This document shows positions 26,257 to 33,989 of a stretch of 33,989 nt of DNA, in pieces (within the stretch, counting starts at the first letter, position 1; each line of letters begins with the position of its first letter). Source of the stretch: Arcobacteraceae bacterium. Its GTDB lineage: Bacteria > Campylobacterota > Campylobacteria > Campylobacterales > Arcobacteraceae. The DNA lies in contig JBNLDA010000001.1 in the NCBI GenBank assembly GCA_050304095.1, forward strand, positions 1 through 33,989. The letters are read 5' to 3'. Made by a program: the position numbers and the translations under genes. The notes beneath the pieces are model-generated. The model saw only the letters and a list, made by a program, of their open reading frames with translations, was not told where the DNA came from and ran no database searches.

Positions 26257-28841
26257 TACTTTTCACCTTTATATTCTAATATTACAGGCTTTGAATAGTT
26301 TGGTACATTGTCATAAGTAAATATCCCATAATATTTATTCATATTTGTAGTTCCAAAATCATCAAAGGTATAATTGTCTTTACCTGCATAAATTTTGTCA
26401 CCATCTAGATGATTTGTAGGAGGATTAAATCTGTTTCTTACGACGTAAGTACCAACAAAGTCTTTATCAATTGGATTATCCCAAATGATTTTTGTCATAT
26501 TGTTTTCTATCTTATAAGATACATTACTTACTTGATCAACAGGTTTTTTTCTTTTTCCTATGTACTTAATAATAAGTTTTACAGATTCTTTATCATCCTT
26601 ACCATACCAATTCACCAAATGATTTTTACTTATAGCAGAAGTTGGTTTAATAAGAAATATGGCTTCTTTATTTTTTCGGTGCATATTTTGCAAATTTAAA
26701 ATTGAATAATTATCAAAGATAAATTTATGTGTTTTATTTTTTTGAAGATCGGCTCTACTTACTTCATATCCAATAAATTCGATACGATCACGATTTTGAA
26801 TGTTTTGATAATTGATATCATCTATCTCAACAAATTCTAAATTATAACGGATATCTTGTGTTGAATTTGTGGTGTTTTTATTTTTGATTTTAATATATGC
26901 ATCAGTAATAATAGTAGTATCTGGATTAGGTAGAGCTGAGAGGTCAAAACTCATTAAACCATAAATTTTATTGTTGTCTTTATCAAATCCACAAGCTAAT
27001 TGTTCATGATTCATAGTTTCAGGTGAAACTGTAGAAACTCTACTCACTTCAACAATTAATTCTTCTCTAGGAATAGTGTATATGATGTCAATATTTGGTC
27101 TATAATGAATTCCTCCTCCAAAATTTCCATATCCAAGGTCAAACATCATCATTTGAGAATCTCTACCTTCTGGTAGTTGTGTAGGTCCAGAAATTTTAAA
27201 GATCACTTTTTTTCTTTTAAGTAGTTTTTGCAAAATAATCTTTTCGCATTCATTAAAATTCCAATGACTCCAAATTCCTTGGGTAAGTTTTTCAGATGGT
27301 ATAGTTTGTCCTAAAGTTTGTATGATTTTTGCTTTAGCCACTTGATCATAATCAGTTATTTCTGCTATGCTTTCATCATCAATAAAAGAGATCGACCATT
27401 CGCCATATTTTTCAATCTTTGCATTGACTCTATTGAGGGGATATAATGAAATCCGCACATCTTTAATAATTGCATTTTCTGGAATTCCGTCTAGATTGAA
27501 CTGCATCATTCCATAGCTAATTCCTTTAGTTTCATTGATTCCAATGAATAAGGAATTTAATCCAAAATGTTTTCGATTTGTTTCAATAAGTTTTTGAGAA
27601 ACATAACCAACATCTTGAGGAAGAGGGAAAATGGTCTTACTGAATTCATCTGCTTCAAGAAGAGTTTTTACTTTTGTTTTAGGTGCAAATGGTGATTTTA
27701 TTCCTGTGATATTATCAACAGCACGTATATAATAATAGTAGGCAGTTCCACTGCTCAAATCAGTATCTGTATAATGTAAATCATTTGTTTGAGCAATCAT
27801 ATTGGCACAATTACATGCTTCTTTATTTTCTTTATTTCTAAAAATTTGAAAAAAGATATTTTTGTTTTCAAATGTATAATCCCAATGAAGAGTGACCTCA
27901 TTTGAACTATATTGATCAATATGAAAATTTGTTACTCTTTTAGGTGCTATTTTAGAATAATTTTGTGCTTCTCCCAATGCGTGTAAAAGGGCAGGTATAT
28001 TTTCGTTAATTGATTCTTTCATGTTTTGCATAAAATCTGGAATATTTCTTGTTCCTACTTCAACAACGGCACCTATAATACCTTTGCTATAATAATATTC
28101 TCTACCGCTTCCTGAAATTAATTTTGTTGGTGGTTTCCCTCTATGTATACCATATTTTCTACCAGTAATCTTTGATATTTCATAGTTCATATTGGCACAT
28201 AAAGCATTTAAATCTGTTCCATCGAGTTCAGCTTCATGATTAAATTTATGTGCAGGGAAAAAGACATTTCCTTGAGAGTGATAGTCTAAAGCTATGGTGA
28301 TGTTGTCATGTGCATCTACAAAGTTTTTCATTGAGCGTGTTTCGGGTTCACTAAATGGCTCTGGACCACTATAAACATTTGAAGAAGTATTGGTGATTTT
28401 AGTATAGCCAACTGAAAAATTTCTATTTAGATCAACCCCATAAGTACCATCGCCATTATTACGTCTATTTTTCCTCCAGAAAGAAAAATGTTTTTGACTA
28501 TACTCGAAACCATCTGGATTTAAACATGGAACAATATAAAGAGTATTCTTTGTTAATGTTTTTAGTATTTTTGGATTTTTATTATAATTATTTAAAAGAT
28601 ATTCAATAAAATGTACAGCTAATTCATTTCCAATCCATTCTCTAGCATGAATAGTTCCTGTATAAAGAAGAGCAGGTTTTAGATCTGCATTTTCTACATT
28701 TAATGAAATAGTTGCAAGAATAATATCTCGATCTTCCCAAGTTTTCCCTATATTTTGTATAGTGATTAAACTTGGATGATCTTTAACACATTGTTTTAAG
28801 AACTCAACTGTTTGGTCATATGACTTATACTGTTGCTTCAT
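26256..28841 (-). CDS. Large M14 zinc carboxypeptidase with FN3, two repeated beta-rich modules and FN3; no signal peptide
   Basis: Zn/catalytic motifs GTIHAREWIG (H65, E68), VDLNRNF, LDYHSQG (H188), AVVEVG (E261). FN3-like aa ~299-393 and ~766-858. Internal repeat ISYGMMQFNLDGIPENAIIKDVRISLYP versus KIYGLMSFDLSALPNPDTTIITDAYIKIKN. Hydrophilic N-terminus MKQQYKSYDQTVEF. Confidence 0.85.
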   Translation of the reverse strand: MKQQYKSYDQTVEFLKQCVKDHPSLITIQNIGKTWEDRDIILATISLNVENADLKPALLYTGTIHAREWIGNELAVHFIEYLLNNYNKNPKILKTLTKNTLYIVPCLNPDGFEYSQKHFSFWRKNRRNNGDGTYGVDLNRNFSVGYTKITNTSSNVYSGPEPFSEPETRSMKNFVDAHDNITIALDYHSQGNVFFPAHKFNHEAELDGTDLNALCANMNYEISKITGRKYGIHRGKPPTKLISGSGREYYYSKGIIGAVVEVGTRNIPDFMQNMKESINENIPALLHALGEAQNYSKIAPKRVTNFHIDQYSSNEVTLHWDYTFENKNIFFQIFRNKENKEACNCANMIAQTNDLHYTDTDLSSGTAYYYYIRAVDNITGIKSPFAPKTKVKTLLEADEFSKTIFPLPQDVGYVSQKLIETNRKHFGLNSLFIGINETKGISYGMMQFNLDGIPENAIIKDVRISLYPLNRVNAKIEKYGEWSISFIDDESIAEITDYDQVAKAKIIQTLGQTIPSEKLTQGIWSHWNFNECEKIILQKLLKRKKVIFKISGPTQLPEGRDSQMMMFDLGYGNFGGGIHYRPNIDIIYTIPREELIVEVSRVSTVSPETMNHEQLACGFDKDNNKIYGLMSFDLSALPNPDTTIITDAYIKIKNKNTTNSTQDIRYNLEFVEIDDINYQNIQNRDRIEFIGYEVSRADLQKNKTHKFIFDNYSILNLQNMHRKNKEAIFLIKPTSAISKNHLVNWYGKDDKESVKLIIKYIGKRKKPVDQVSNVSYKIENNMTKIIWDNPIDKDFVGTYVVRNRFNPPTNHLDGDKIYAGKDNYTFDDFGTTNMNKYYGIFTYDNVPNYSKPVILEYKGEK

Positions 28842-30259
28842 TTACCATTAGCCTTTTTATAAGATTGCCATACATCAACCATTCTATTAACTATCTTAGC
28901 TGTAAAACCTTTGACGTGAATAAATAAATCAGGTTGGGTTTCTAATATCTCTATAGCTTCTTTTTTTGTAAAAGTTTTATAGATTTTCTTGATTTTCTTT
29001 TCCCCAACTCCTTTTGTTTGTTTTAAAATTTTAGCTAATTGATCTTTAGTTAAGTGAATTTCAATAGATTGTGAAGCTTCATCATCACTTGGTGGTATCT
29101 CTTCATCCAAATTTTGAACTTTAATGCTTTTTAAGTTTTTGAGTGCAAATTTATCTTGAAAGTTCCATTTCTCACTAGGCCACTCTTCATATAATCTTGG
29201 AATTACATCGTAAATTTTGTATTTACTATCCAATTCATGGATGTAAACTTCTTTTTTCCCGTAGATTTTCTTCTTTTTGCCAAAATATGCACCATCATAA
29301 CTTGGACTATAGGCCCCAAAAGTTATATGTCTCATAGTTCGAAGTAATGATGAATCAATCTTACTTAATTCTTCCCAATTAAACATTGGAATATGAGGTT
29401 TTCTAAATCTACCTTTACTAAGACTCCACATTAAATATTGTCCAATCCAATCTCTAACATAAGGAAATGCTGCAAATGCTGTTGCACATTCCAATATCCT
29501 TACTTTGCCATCTTTTCCATATGCGACATCACAAGCCCAGTATTCAGCACGTGCAGCTTTACTTACTTTAACTGCAAGATCAAGTACAGATTTTGGTACA
29601 TCCATATAATCCATTGATCCACCCTGACTAGTGTTTGTAAGCCATGCCCCTTGAGGTGGTCTTCTCCAAAATGCACAAATTGGTTTATGACCAATAAGCA
29701 TCACTCTGATATCGGCTTCCATAGGAATAAAATCTTGAAAATACATTGGATGGTATTTTTTCTCATCAAATAATGCACGTGCTTCTTTATAATTATCGAC
29801 TTTGTGAACAAAATATCCACCATAGTTTGATGGTCCATAAGATTTTTTTACAATCTTTGGATATTTGCATTTTTGTAAGAATTTATCGCCATTCTCTCTA
29901 TTGTAGTAAATATAGGTTTTTGGTACAGGCAAATTGTATTTCCACGCAAATCGTGTTACATTTTCTTTTGATTTATTTGAAAATTGAGTATCAAGACTTG
30001 GAATAAATCGAACATTTGGCAACTCCCTTGAAATTTGTCTAAATGTTTCATAAGCAGTTGCAGGAATATTACCAATCAATACATCAATTTTCTTTCTTTT
30101 GACTTCATTGATGAATCTTTTTTTATCTTTTCCCCAATGGTACGTTACTGTTTCAATTTTATTTGGCCAACCTTTAAAATTCGAGTGATCGAAAAATCTT
30201 AAAACATGATCTAAGTATAAGAATCCTAATTTTGGCAGTTGTTTGTTGTTGAGTCCCAT
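28838..30259 (-). CDS. RimK-type ATP-grasp ligase with C-terminal tandem helix-hairpin-helix domain
   Basis: DIRVMLIGHKPICAFWRRPPQGAWLTNTSQGGS and CDVAYGKDGKVRILECA match the RimK-like ATP-grasp core. C-terminal LKQTKGVGEKKIKKI and LFIHVKGFTAKIVNRM are HhH-like. GGAGA RBS. An ATGA overlap links it to the M14 gene. Confidence 0.8.
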   Translation of the reverse strand: MGLNNKQLPKLGFLYLDHVLRFFDHSNFKGWPNKIETVTYHWGKDKKRFINEVKRKKIDVLIGNIPATAYETFRQISRELPNVRFIPSLDTQFSNKSKENVTRFAWKYNLPVPKTYIYYNRENGDKFLQKCKYPKIVKKSYGPSNYGGYFVHKVDNYKEARALFDEKKYHPMYFQDFIPMEADIRVMLIGHKPICAFWRRPPQGAWLTNTSQGGSMDYMDVPKSVLDLAVKVSKAARAEYWACDVAYGKDGKVRILECATAFAAFPYVRDWIGQYLMWSLSKGRFRKPHIPMFNWEELSKIDSSLLRTMRHITFGAYSPSYDGAYFGKKKKIYGKKEVYIHELDSKYKIYDVIPRLYEEWPSEKWNFQDKFALKNLKSIKVQNLDEEIPPSDDEASQSIEIHLTKDQLAKILKQTKGVGEKKIKKIYKTFTKKEAIEILETQPDLFIHVKGFTAKIVNRMVDVWQSYKKANGK

Positions 30260-30282
30260 TATTTAATTTCTCCTATTTTAAT

Positions 30283-31185
30283 TTATTTTTTTGTTTTTCT
30301 ATCAATTAGATCAACAATTAAGTCAATTTTTTTATCATTGAAATCCAACCCCATTTTTTCTTGTTCAGGTGTTGCAAATGCTGGGATTCCATTCACTTCT
30401 AATACAATGTATTCTTCTTTTTCTCTATCATAAATAATGTCTACACCAGCAATATCGGCCCCACAAATTTTTGCAGCTTTAATGGCGATATCTACAATTT
30501 CATCATTTGCTTCTCTTAAAAATATTGATCCACCACTAGTGATATTAGTTCGCCAATCTTCTCCACCAGCTTTTCTTCCATAACAACTGACAAATTGTCC
30601 ATCAACGATATCTACTCTAAAATCTGTTCTGTCATAATCAATGAATTTTTCAACATAAAAATATCGTAAATCCATTTGATTCAAAAATGGTAAAAGCATA
30701 TCTAAATTAGCTTCGTTTTCGATTTTCGTTAGACCAACTCCACCCCAACCATCTGTTGGTTTGTAAACCATTTTGTCCCATTTTTTAATGATTTTTTTTA
30801 ATTGGTGCGAATCATCTCTATGACATAATTTATAATCTGCAGTCGGTATTCCATGTTTACGAAGCATAAATGTTGTATGAAATTTGTCTTCTGTTAATTT
30901 AAAAGCTTCAAAGGTGTTTATCATAGGAATAACTCTATTAAGTGCTTCATATAAATATACTTGATATTGAGTTTGTTCTCCAGCATTGTATGAAAAAAAT
31001 AGGTCAAGATTGTCTAATTTTTCTTTATTGTATAGTATGTGTCCATTTTTAGCTATTGCATGTCTTAAGTTAACATCATTAAGTACATCAATGTCTCTTT
31101 GCTTTAGTTTTTTAATGATTTTTTCACCAATTTTCTCACCACCACTATTGGAATAAAGCCACATACCAATTTTTCTATTTTTCAT
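30283..31185 (-). CDS. RimK-family ATP-grasp amino-acid ligase
   Basis: KPTDGWGGVGL, DFRVDIVDGQFVSCYGRKAGGEDWRTNITSGGS, AGVDIIYDREKEEYIVLEVNGIPAF. At 300 aa it has typical RimK size. Confidence 0.85.
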   Translation of the reverse strand: MKNRKIGMWLYSNSGGEKIGEKIIKKLKQRDIDVLNDVNLRHAIAKNGHILYNKEKLDNLDLFFSYNAGEQTQYQVYLYEALNRVIPMINTFEAFKLTEDKFHTTFMLRKHGIPTADYKLCHRDDSHQLKKIIKKWDKMVYKPTDGWGGVGLTKIENEANLDMLLPFLNQMDLRYFYVEKFIDYDRTDFRVDIVDGQFVSCYGRKAGGEDWRTNITSGGSIFLREANDEIVDIAIKAAKICGADIAGVDIIYDREKEEYIVLEVNGIPAFATPEQEKMGLDFNDKKIDLIVDLIDRKTKK

Positions 31186-31196
31186 TCTTTCTCTCT

Positions 31197-32297
31197 TTAA
31201 AAACTTAAATGTATTTGATGGTGTTTTAAAATTTTCGTCATCATCACAATTCTTTGTTCAAAACTACTTTTTAAAGCTCTTTCATGAATTGTATGATCAC
31301 CATCACCAAAAGGACCGAAACCATCTAATGTAGTTACTCCATTACTAGCAACTATGTTTGCATCACTTACGCCGCCTCTATTTTCAGTAAGTAATTGTTC
31401 ATTAGTGATTCTTTGAAGCACAGATATTAACTTATCTTGGTTACAATTGTGTTCCATTACATCTCTTTGGATAAGACCATTTAAAATAGATTTTGTTCCT
31501 TCTACGTATGAAGTATTTGTAATTTTCTCAAGAGCATTTAGTAATCTATCTCTCTGTCTATTTTGCGTATAGCGAAGTTCTAAGAGTAGTTCGCATTTTG
31601 GGCTAATTGTATTGGCTCCAATCCCACCATTAATTTTCCCAACATTGACTGTCGTACCTTGTTCAAGGTTAGTTAGTTTTGTAAGTTCTTGAAGTTTATA
31701 AGAAGCCTCTAGATTTGCATTGATCCCCTCAGAATATCTTACACCAGCATGTGAAGCTTTTCCTTCGATAGTTATTGTAAATGTACCAACACCTTTTCGT
31801 CCAGTAACAATTTCAAGGTTTTTCCCTGCTGCTTCAAAGACAAAACAATAATCATAATCTTTAGCTATTGAGGCTGTAAGGTGCTTGGAATCATCGCTTC
31901 CAGTTTCTTCATCTGAAACTAAAAGCATATCAATGTTTTTAATTTCTTTGGTATCTATAAAAATATTTCGTAGTGACTGTAAAGCTACTATATTTCCACC
32001 TTTCATATCACAAACTCCAGGTCCATATATCCATTCATCATCTTGGGTAAAATTTTCAAATTCTCCTAAAGGAAATACGGTATCATTGTGACCTAAAAGG
32101 AGAATTTTGACTCCATCAACTTTTGGAGATTGGAATAAGAGATGATCTCCTATCAAATCTCTTTTATATCTTGTTGTTTCAAAATTGAGTGCTTCAAACC
32201 ACTGTTGCATTAAGTTCCCAACCTCATCAACGCCTGTTTTGTTTTTAGTATATGAATTTATACTGCATAGTGTTTGTAGGTCATTTAAGTATGTCAT
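31197..32297 (-). CDS. M20 family metallopeptidase, carboxypeptidase G2 (glutamate carboxypeptidase)-like
   Basis: LLGHNDTVFP, YGPGVCDMKGG, LVSDEETGS, GKASHAG, RGGVSDAN, GDGDHTIHE. The ATG at 32297 (MTYLNDL) is preferred over the TTG at 32327. Confidence 0.85.
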   Translation of the reverse strand: MTYLNDLQTLCSINSYTKNKTGVDEVGNLMQQWFEALNFETTRYKRDLIGDHLLFQSPKVDGVKILLLGHNDTVFPLGEFENFTQDDEWIYGPGVCDMKGGNIVALQSLRNIFIDTKEIKNIDMLLVSDEETGSDDSKHLTASIAKDYDYCFVFEAAGKNLEIVTGRKGVGTFTITIEGKASHAGVRYSEGINANLEASYKLQELTKLTNLEQGTTVNVGKINGGIGANTISPKCELLLELRYTQNRQRDRLLNALEKITNTSYVEGTKSILNGLIQRDVMEHNCNQDKLISVLQRITNEQLLTENRGGVSDANIVASNGVTTLDGFGPFGDGDHTIHERALKSSFEQRIVMMTKILKHHQIHLSF

Positions 32298-32369
32298 GAA
32301 TTGCCCAAATAAATAAATTTGTGGCAATTATATATAAAGAGAAGCGATGGTTTGGTTACAAGAGTATAT

Positions 32370-32392
32370 AAGCAAGGAGTGAATCCTTGCTT
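32370..32392 (-). terminator. Hairpin immediately after argG; candidate terminator separating argG from the ligase/peptidase operon
   Basis: aagcaagga (32370-32378), loop gtgaa, tccttgctt (32384-32392). The 9-bp stem is perfect. The trailing sequence on the minus strand is only moderately T-rich. A TATAAT-like box (minus strand, ~32327-32336) follows. Confidence 0.5.
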
Positions 32393-32398
32393 GAGTAT

Positions 32399-33637
32399 TT
32401 ATTTATTTTTTTTAGATCCAGCGATAATGAATCGTAAAGCATTTAATCGAATGAAACCTTCTGCATCTGCTTGGTTATAAACTTCATCTTCTTCAAATGT
32501 TGAATACGCATCATCATAAAGAGATTTAGAAGATTCTCTACCTACAACTGTTACATTTCCTTTGTAAAGTTTTACTTTAACAGAACCTTCTACAGTTTCT
32601 TGAGTTTGGTCAATTGCTGCTTGAAGCATTTCTCGCTCTGGAGAGAACCAGTATCCTTGATAGATTAGTTTTGCATATCTTGGCATTAATTCATCTTTTA
32701 AGTGTGCTTCTTCTCTATCTAAACAAATAGATTCGATCGCTCTGTGAGCTTTAAGCATAATTGTTCCACCTGGAGTTTCATAACAACCTCTAGCTTTCAT
32801 ACCTACATATCTATTTTCAACAATATCAACTCGACCAATACCGTGTTTATTACCATATTCATTTAATTTTGCCAATAAAGTTGCAGGTGACATCTCTTCA
32901 CCATTAATTGAGATTGGATCACCATTTTTATATCCAATAGTTAAGTATTCTGCTTCGTCAGGAGCTTCTTCAGGAGAGTTTGTCCATAGCCACATTGAAT
33001 CTTCAGGCTCATTGTTTGGATTTTCTAAATGTAATCCCTCATAAGAGATATGTAAAAGGTTTGCATCCATAGAATAAGGACTAATTTTTGGATTTCCATT
33101 TTCATCTACGTGTTTTTGTGAAATCTCAATATTATGTTCTTTTGCATATGCTAGAAGTTTTTCTCTAGAGTTTAGATCCCATTCTCTCCATGGTGCGATC
33201 ACTTTAATATCTGGTCGTAGAGCTAAAGCTCCAAGTTCGAATCTTACTTGGTCGTTTCCTTTTCCAGTTGCCCCATGACTTACTGCATCTGCTCCAGTTT
33301 CATTTGCTATATCAATAAGTTTTTTTGCGATCAATGGTCTTGCAATAGAAGTTCCAAGTAAATATTCACCTTCATAAATCGCATTAGCTCTAAACATTGG
33401 GAATACATAATCTTTTACGAATTCTTCTTTGATATCTAAAATATATACATTTTCTGGTTTGATTCCACAAGCTAAAGCTTTTGTTCTTGCTGGTTCAACT
33501 TCTTCACCTTGACCTAAATCTGCAGTGAAAGTTACTACCTCTGCATTATATTCATCTTGTAGCCATTTTAAAATAATACTAGTGTCTAGTCCACCACTAT
33601 AAGCTAAAACTACTTTGTTTACATTTTTCTTTGCCAT
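32399..33637 (-). CDS. argG: Argininosuccinate synthase
   Basis: [13 protein letters not shown]-loop-like motif, [41 protein letters not shown]. The ATG at 33637 has a GGAG RBS 5 nt upstream. Confidence 0.97.
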   Translation of the reverse strand: MAKKNVNKVVLAYSGGLDTSIILKWLQDEYNAEVVTFTADLGQGEEVEPARTKALACGIKPENVYILDIKEEFVKDYVFPMFRANAIYEGEYLLGTSIARPLIAKKLIDIANETGADAVSHGATGKGNDQVRFELGALALRPDIKVIAPWREWDLNSREKLLAYAKEHNIEISQKHVDENGNPKISPYSMDANLLHISYEGLHLENPNNEPEDSMWLWTNSPEEAPDEAEYLTIGYKNGDPISINGEEMSPATLLAKLNEYGNKHGIGRVDIVENRYVGMKARGCYETPGGTIMLKAHRAIESICLDREEAHLKDELMPRYAKLIYQGYWFSPEREMLQAAIDQTQETVEGSVKVKLYKGNVTVVGRESSKSLYDDAYSTFEEDEVYNQADAEGFIRLNALRFIIAGSKKNK

Positions 33638-33654
33638 GTTTACTCCATTGATCA

Positions 33655-33673
33655 ATGTAAGAAATTCTTACAT
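33655..33673 (-). promoter_or_regulatory. Perfect 19-bp palindrome in the argG leader/promoter region
   Basis: atgtaagaa-a-ttcttacat, ending 6 nt upstream of the argG GGAG RBS. Confidence 0.35.
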
Positions 33674-33730
33674 GAAAAAAATTAAATTCAATTGGCGTTA
33701 TTTTATCTAAATATAGCTATAATCTTGGTT

Positions 33731-33989
33731 ATGAGAATTGATAAATTTTTAAATGCAGTGAATATCACAAAGCGTCGTTCTATTGCAGAAGACATGTGTG
33801 ACCATAAAGTGGTTTCTATCAATAATATGGTAGTAAAAAAAGCCAAAGAAGTGAAAGTAGGGGATACTATTCAAATCCAATATTTGGATTATATGGATGA
33901 GTTTGAAGTATTGCAAATACCTACAACTAAATCAACACCAAAATCAAAACAAAGCGAATATGTAAAGCAAACAAAAGGAAGAGAAAATG
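33731..33989 (+). CDS. S4-domain RNA-binding protein (Hsp15/RqcP-like); 3' end lies beyond the window
   Basis: Hand translation gives MRIDKFLNAVNITKRRSIAEDMCDHKVVSINNMVVKKAKEVKVGDTIQI..., a typical S4 motif, with no stop codon up to the window end. TATAAT at 33715-33720. Confidence 0.7.
   Translation, partial: MRIDKFLNAVNITKRRSIAEDMCDHKVVSINNMVVKKAKEVKVGDTIQIQYLDYMDEFEVLQIPTTKSTPKSKQSEYVKQTKGREN

Noticed and set aside
25732-32398. ATP-grasp RiPP (graspetide/microviridin-type) cluster
   Set aside because: There is no room for a precursor-peptide ORF: intergenic gaps are 11 nt, 23 nt or overlapping, and the flanks are occupied by hairpins. The ligases carry RimK-type rather than macrocyclase-type motifs, and no transporter or GNAT is present.
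28838-33637. LysW/amino-group-carrier-protein Lys/Arg biosynthesis (LysX/ArgX ligase plus LysK M20 hydrolase) adjacent to argG
   Set aside because: It is tempting because RimK-like ligases and an M20 enzyme sit next to argG. However, no LysW-like small acidic zinc-ribbon carrier and no LysZ/LysY/LysJ homologs are present, a hairpin separates argG from the operon, and the M20 motifs look CPG2-like rather than ArgE/LysK-specific. I keep it only as an alternative to test.
1-33989. CRISPR arrays, IS elements, prophage remnants, rRNA
   Set aside because: I saw no regularly spaced direct repeats, no transposase, integrase or terminal inverted repeats, and no rRNA-like segments on either strand.

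Overview
This is a visibly AT-rich, densely packed chromosomal segment. The gene content points to Campylobacterota, probably an Arcobacter-like organism: fused CcsBA cytochrome c synthase, dimeric-type dUTPase, short ComEC, many PAS/GGDEF sensors, and histidine kinases with an IAHQWRQPL H-box. I support 35 CDS (one partial, one missing from the ORF track), one tRNA-Met(CAT), and several hairpin terminators and palindromes. I see no CRISPR array, transposase, integrase or rRNA. Most genes are housekeeping: tatB-tatC-queA-exonuclease, djlA, ogt, ccsBA, cmoB, dnaJ, recR, dut, argG. The best candidate for an undescribed system is a tightly coupled five-gene minus-strand operon at 25732..32297, bracketed by hairpins. 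It encodes a CPG2-like M20 carboxypeptidase, a RimK-type ATP-grasp ligase, a second RimK-type ATP-grasp ligase with a C-terminal (HhH)2 domain, an 861-aa M14 carboxypeptidase with no signal peptide (FN3, two repeated modules, FN3), and a gamma-carbonic-anhydrase-like hexapeptide protein. I read it as a ligase/carboxypeptidase system that adds and trims amino-acid tails on an unidentified protein, cofactor or small molecule. Secondary items are listed here. (1) A three-gene GGDEF operon: one periplasmic CXXCH heme-type sensor cyclase followed by two active-site-degenerate paralogs. (2) A tandem-V4R protein, GAF/PAS histidine kinase and aldo-keto reductase operon. (3) A 62-aa Lys/Ala-rich histone-H1-like protein. 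(4) A miniature class-II-like nucleotidyltransferase. (5) A coupled BFD-like, acidic 66-aa and Ogt gene trio. (6) An unlisted 57-aa Cys-rich ORF. (7) A dUTPase with an HTH-like N-terminal extension. All functional calls rest on motif recognition by eye; no database search was run.
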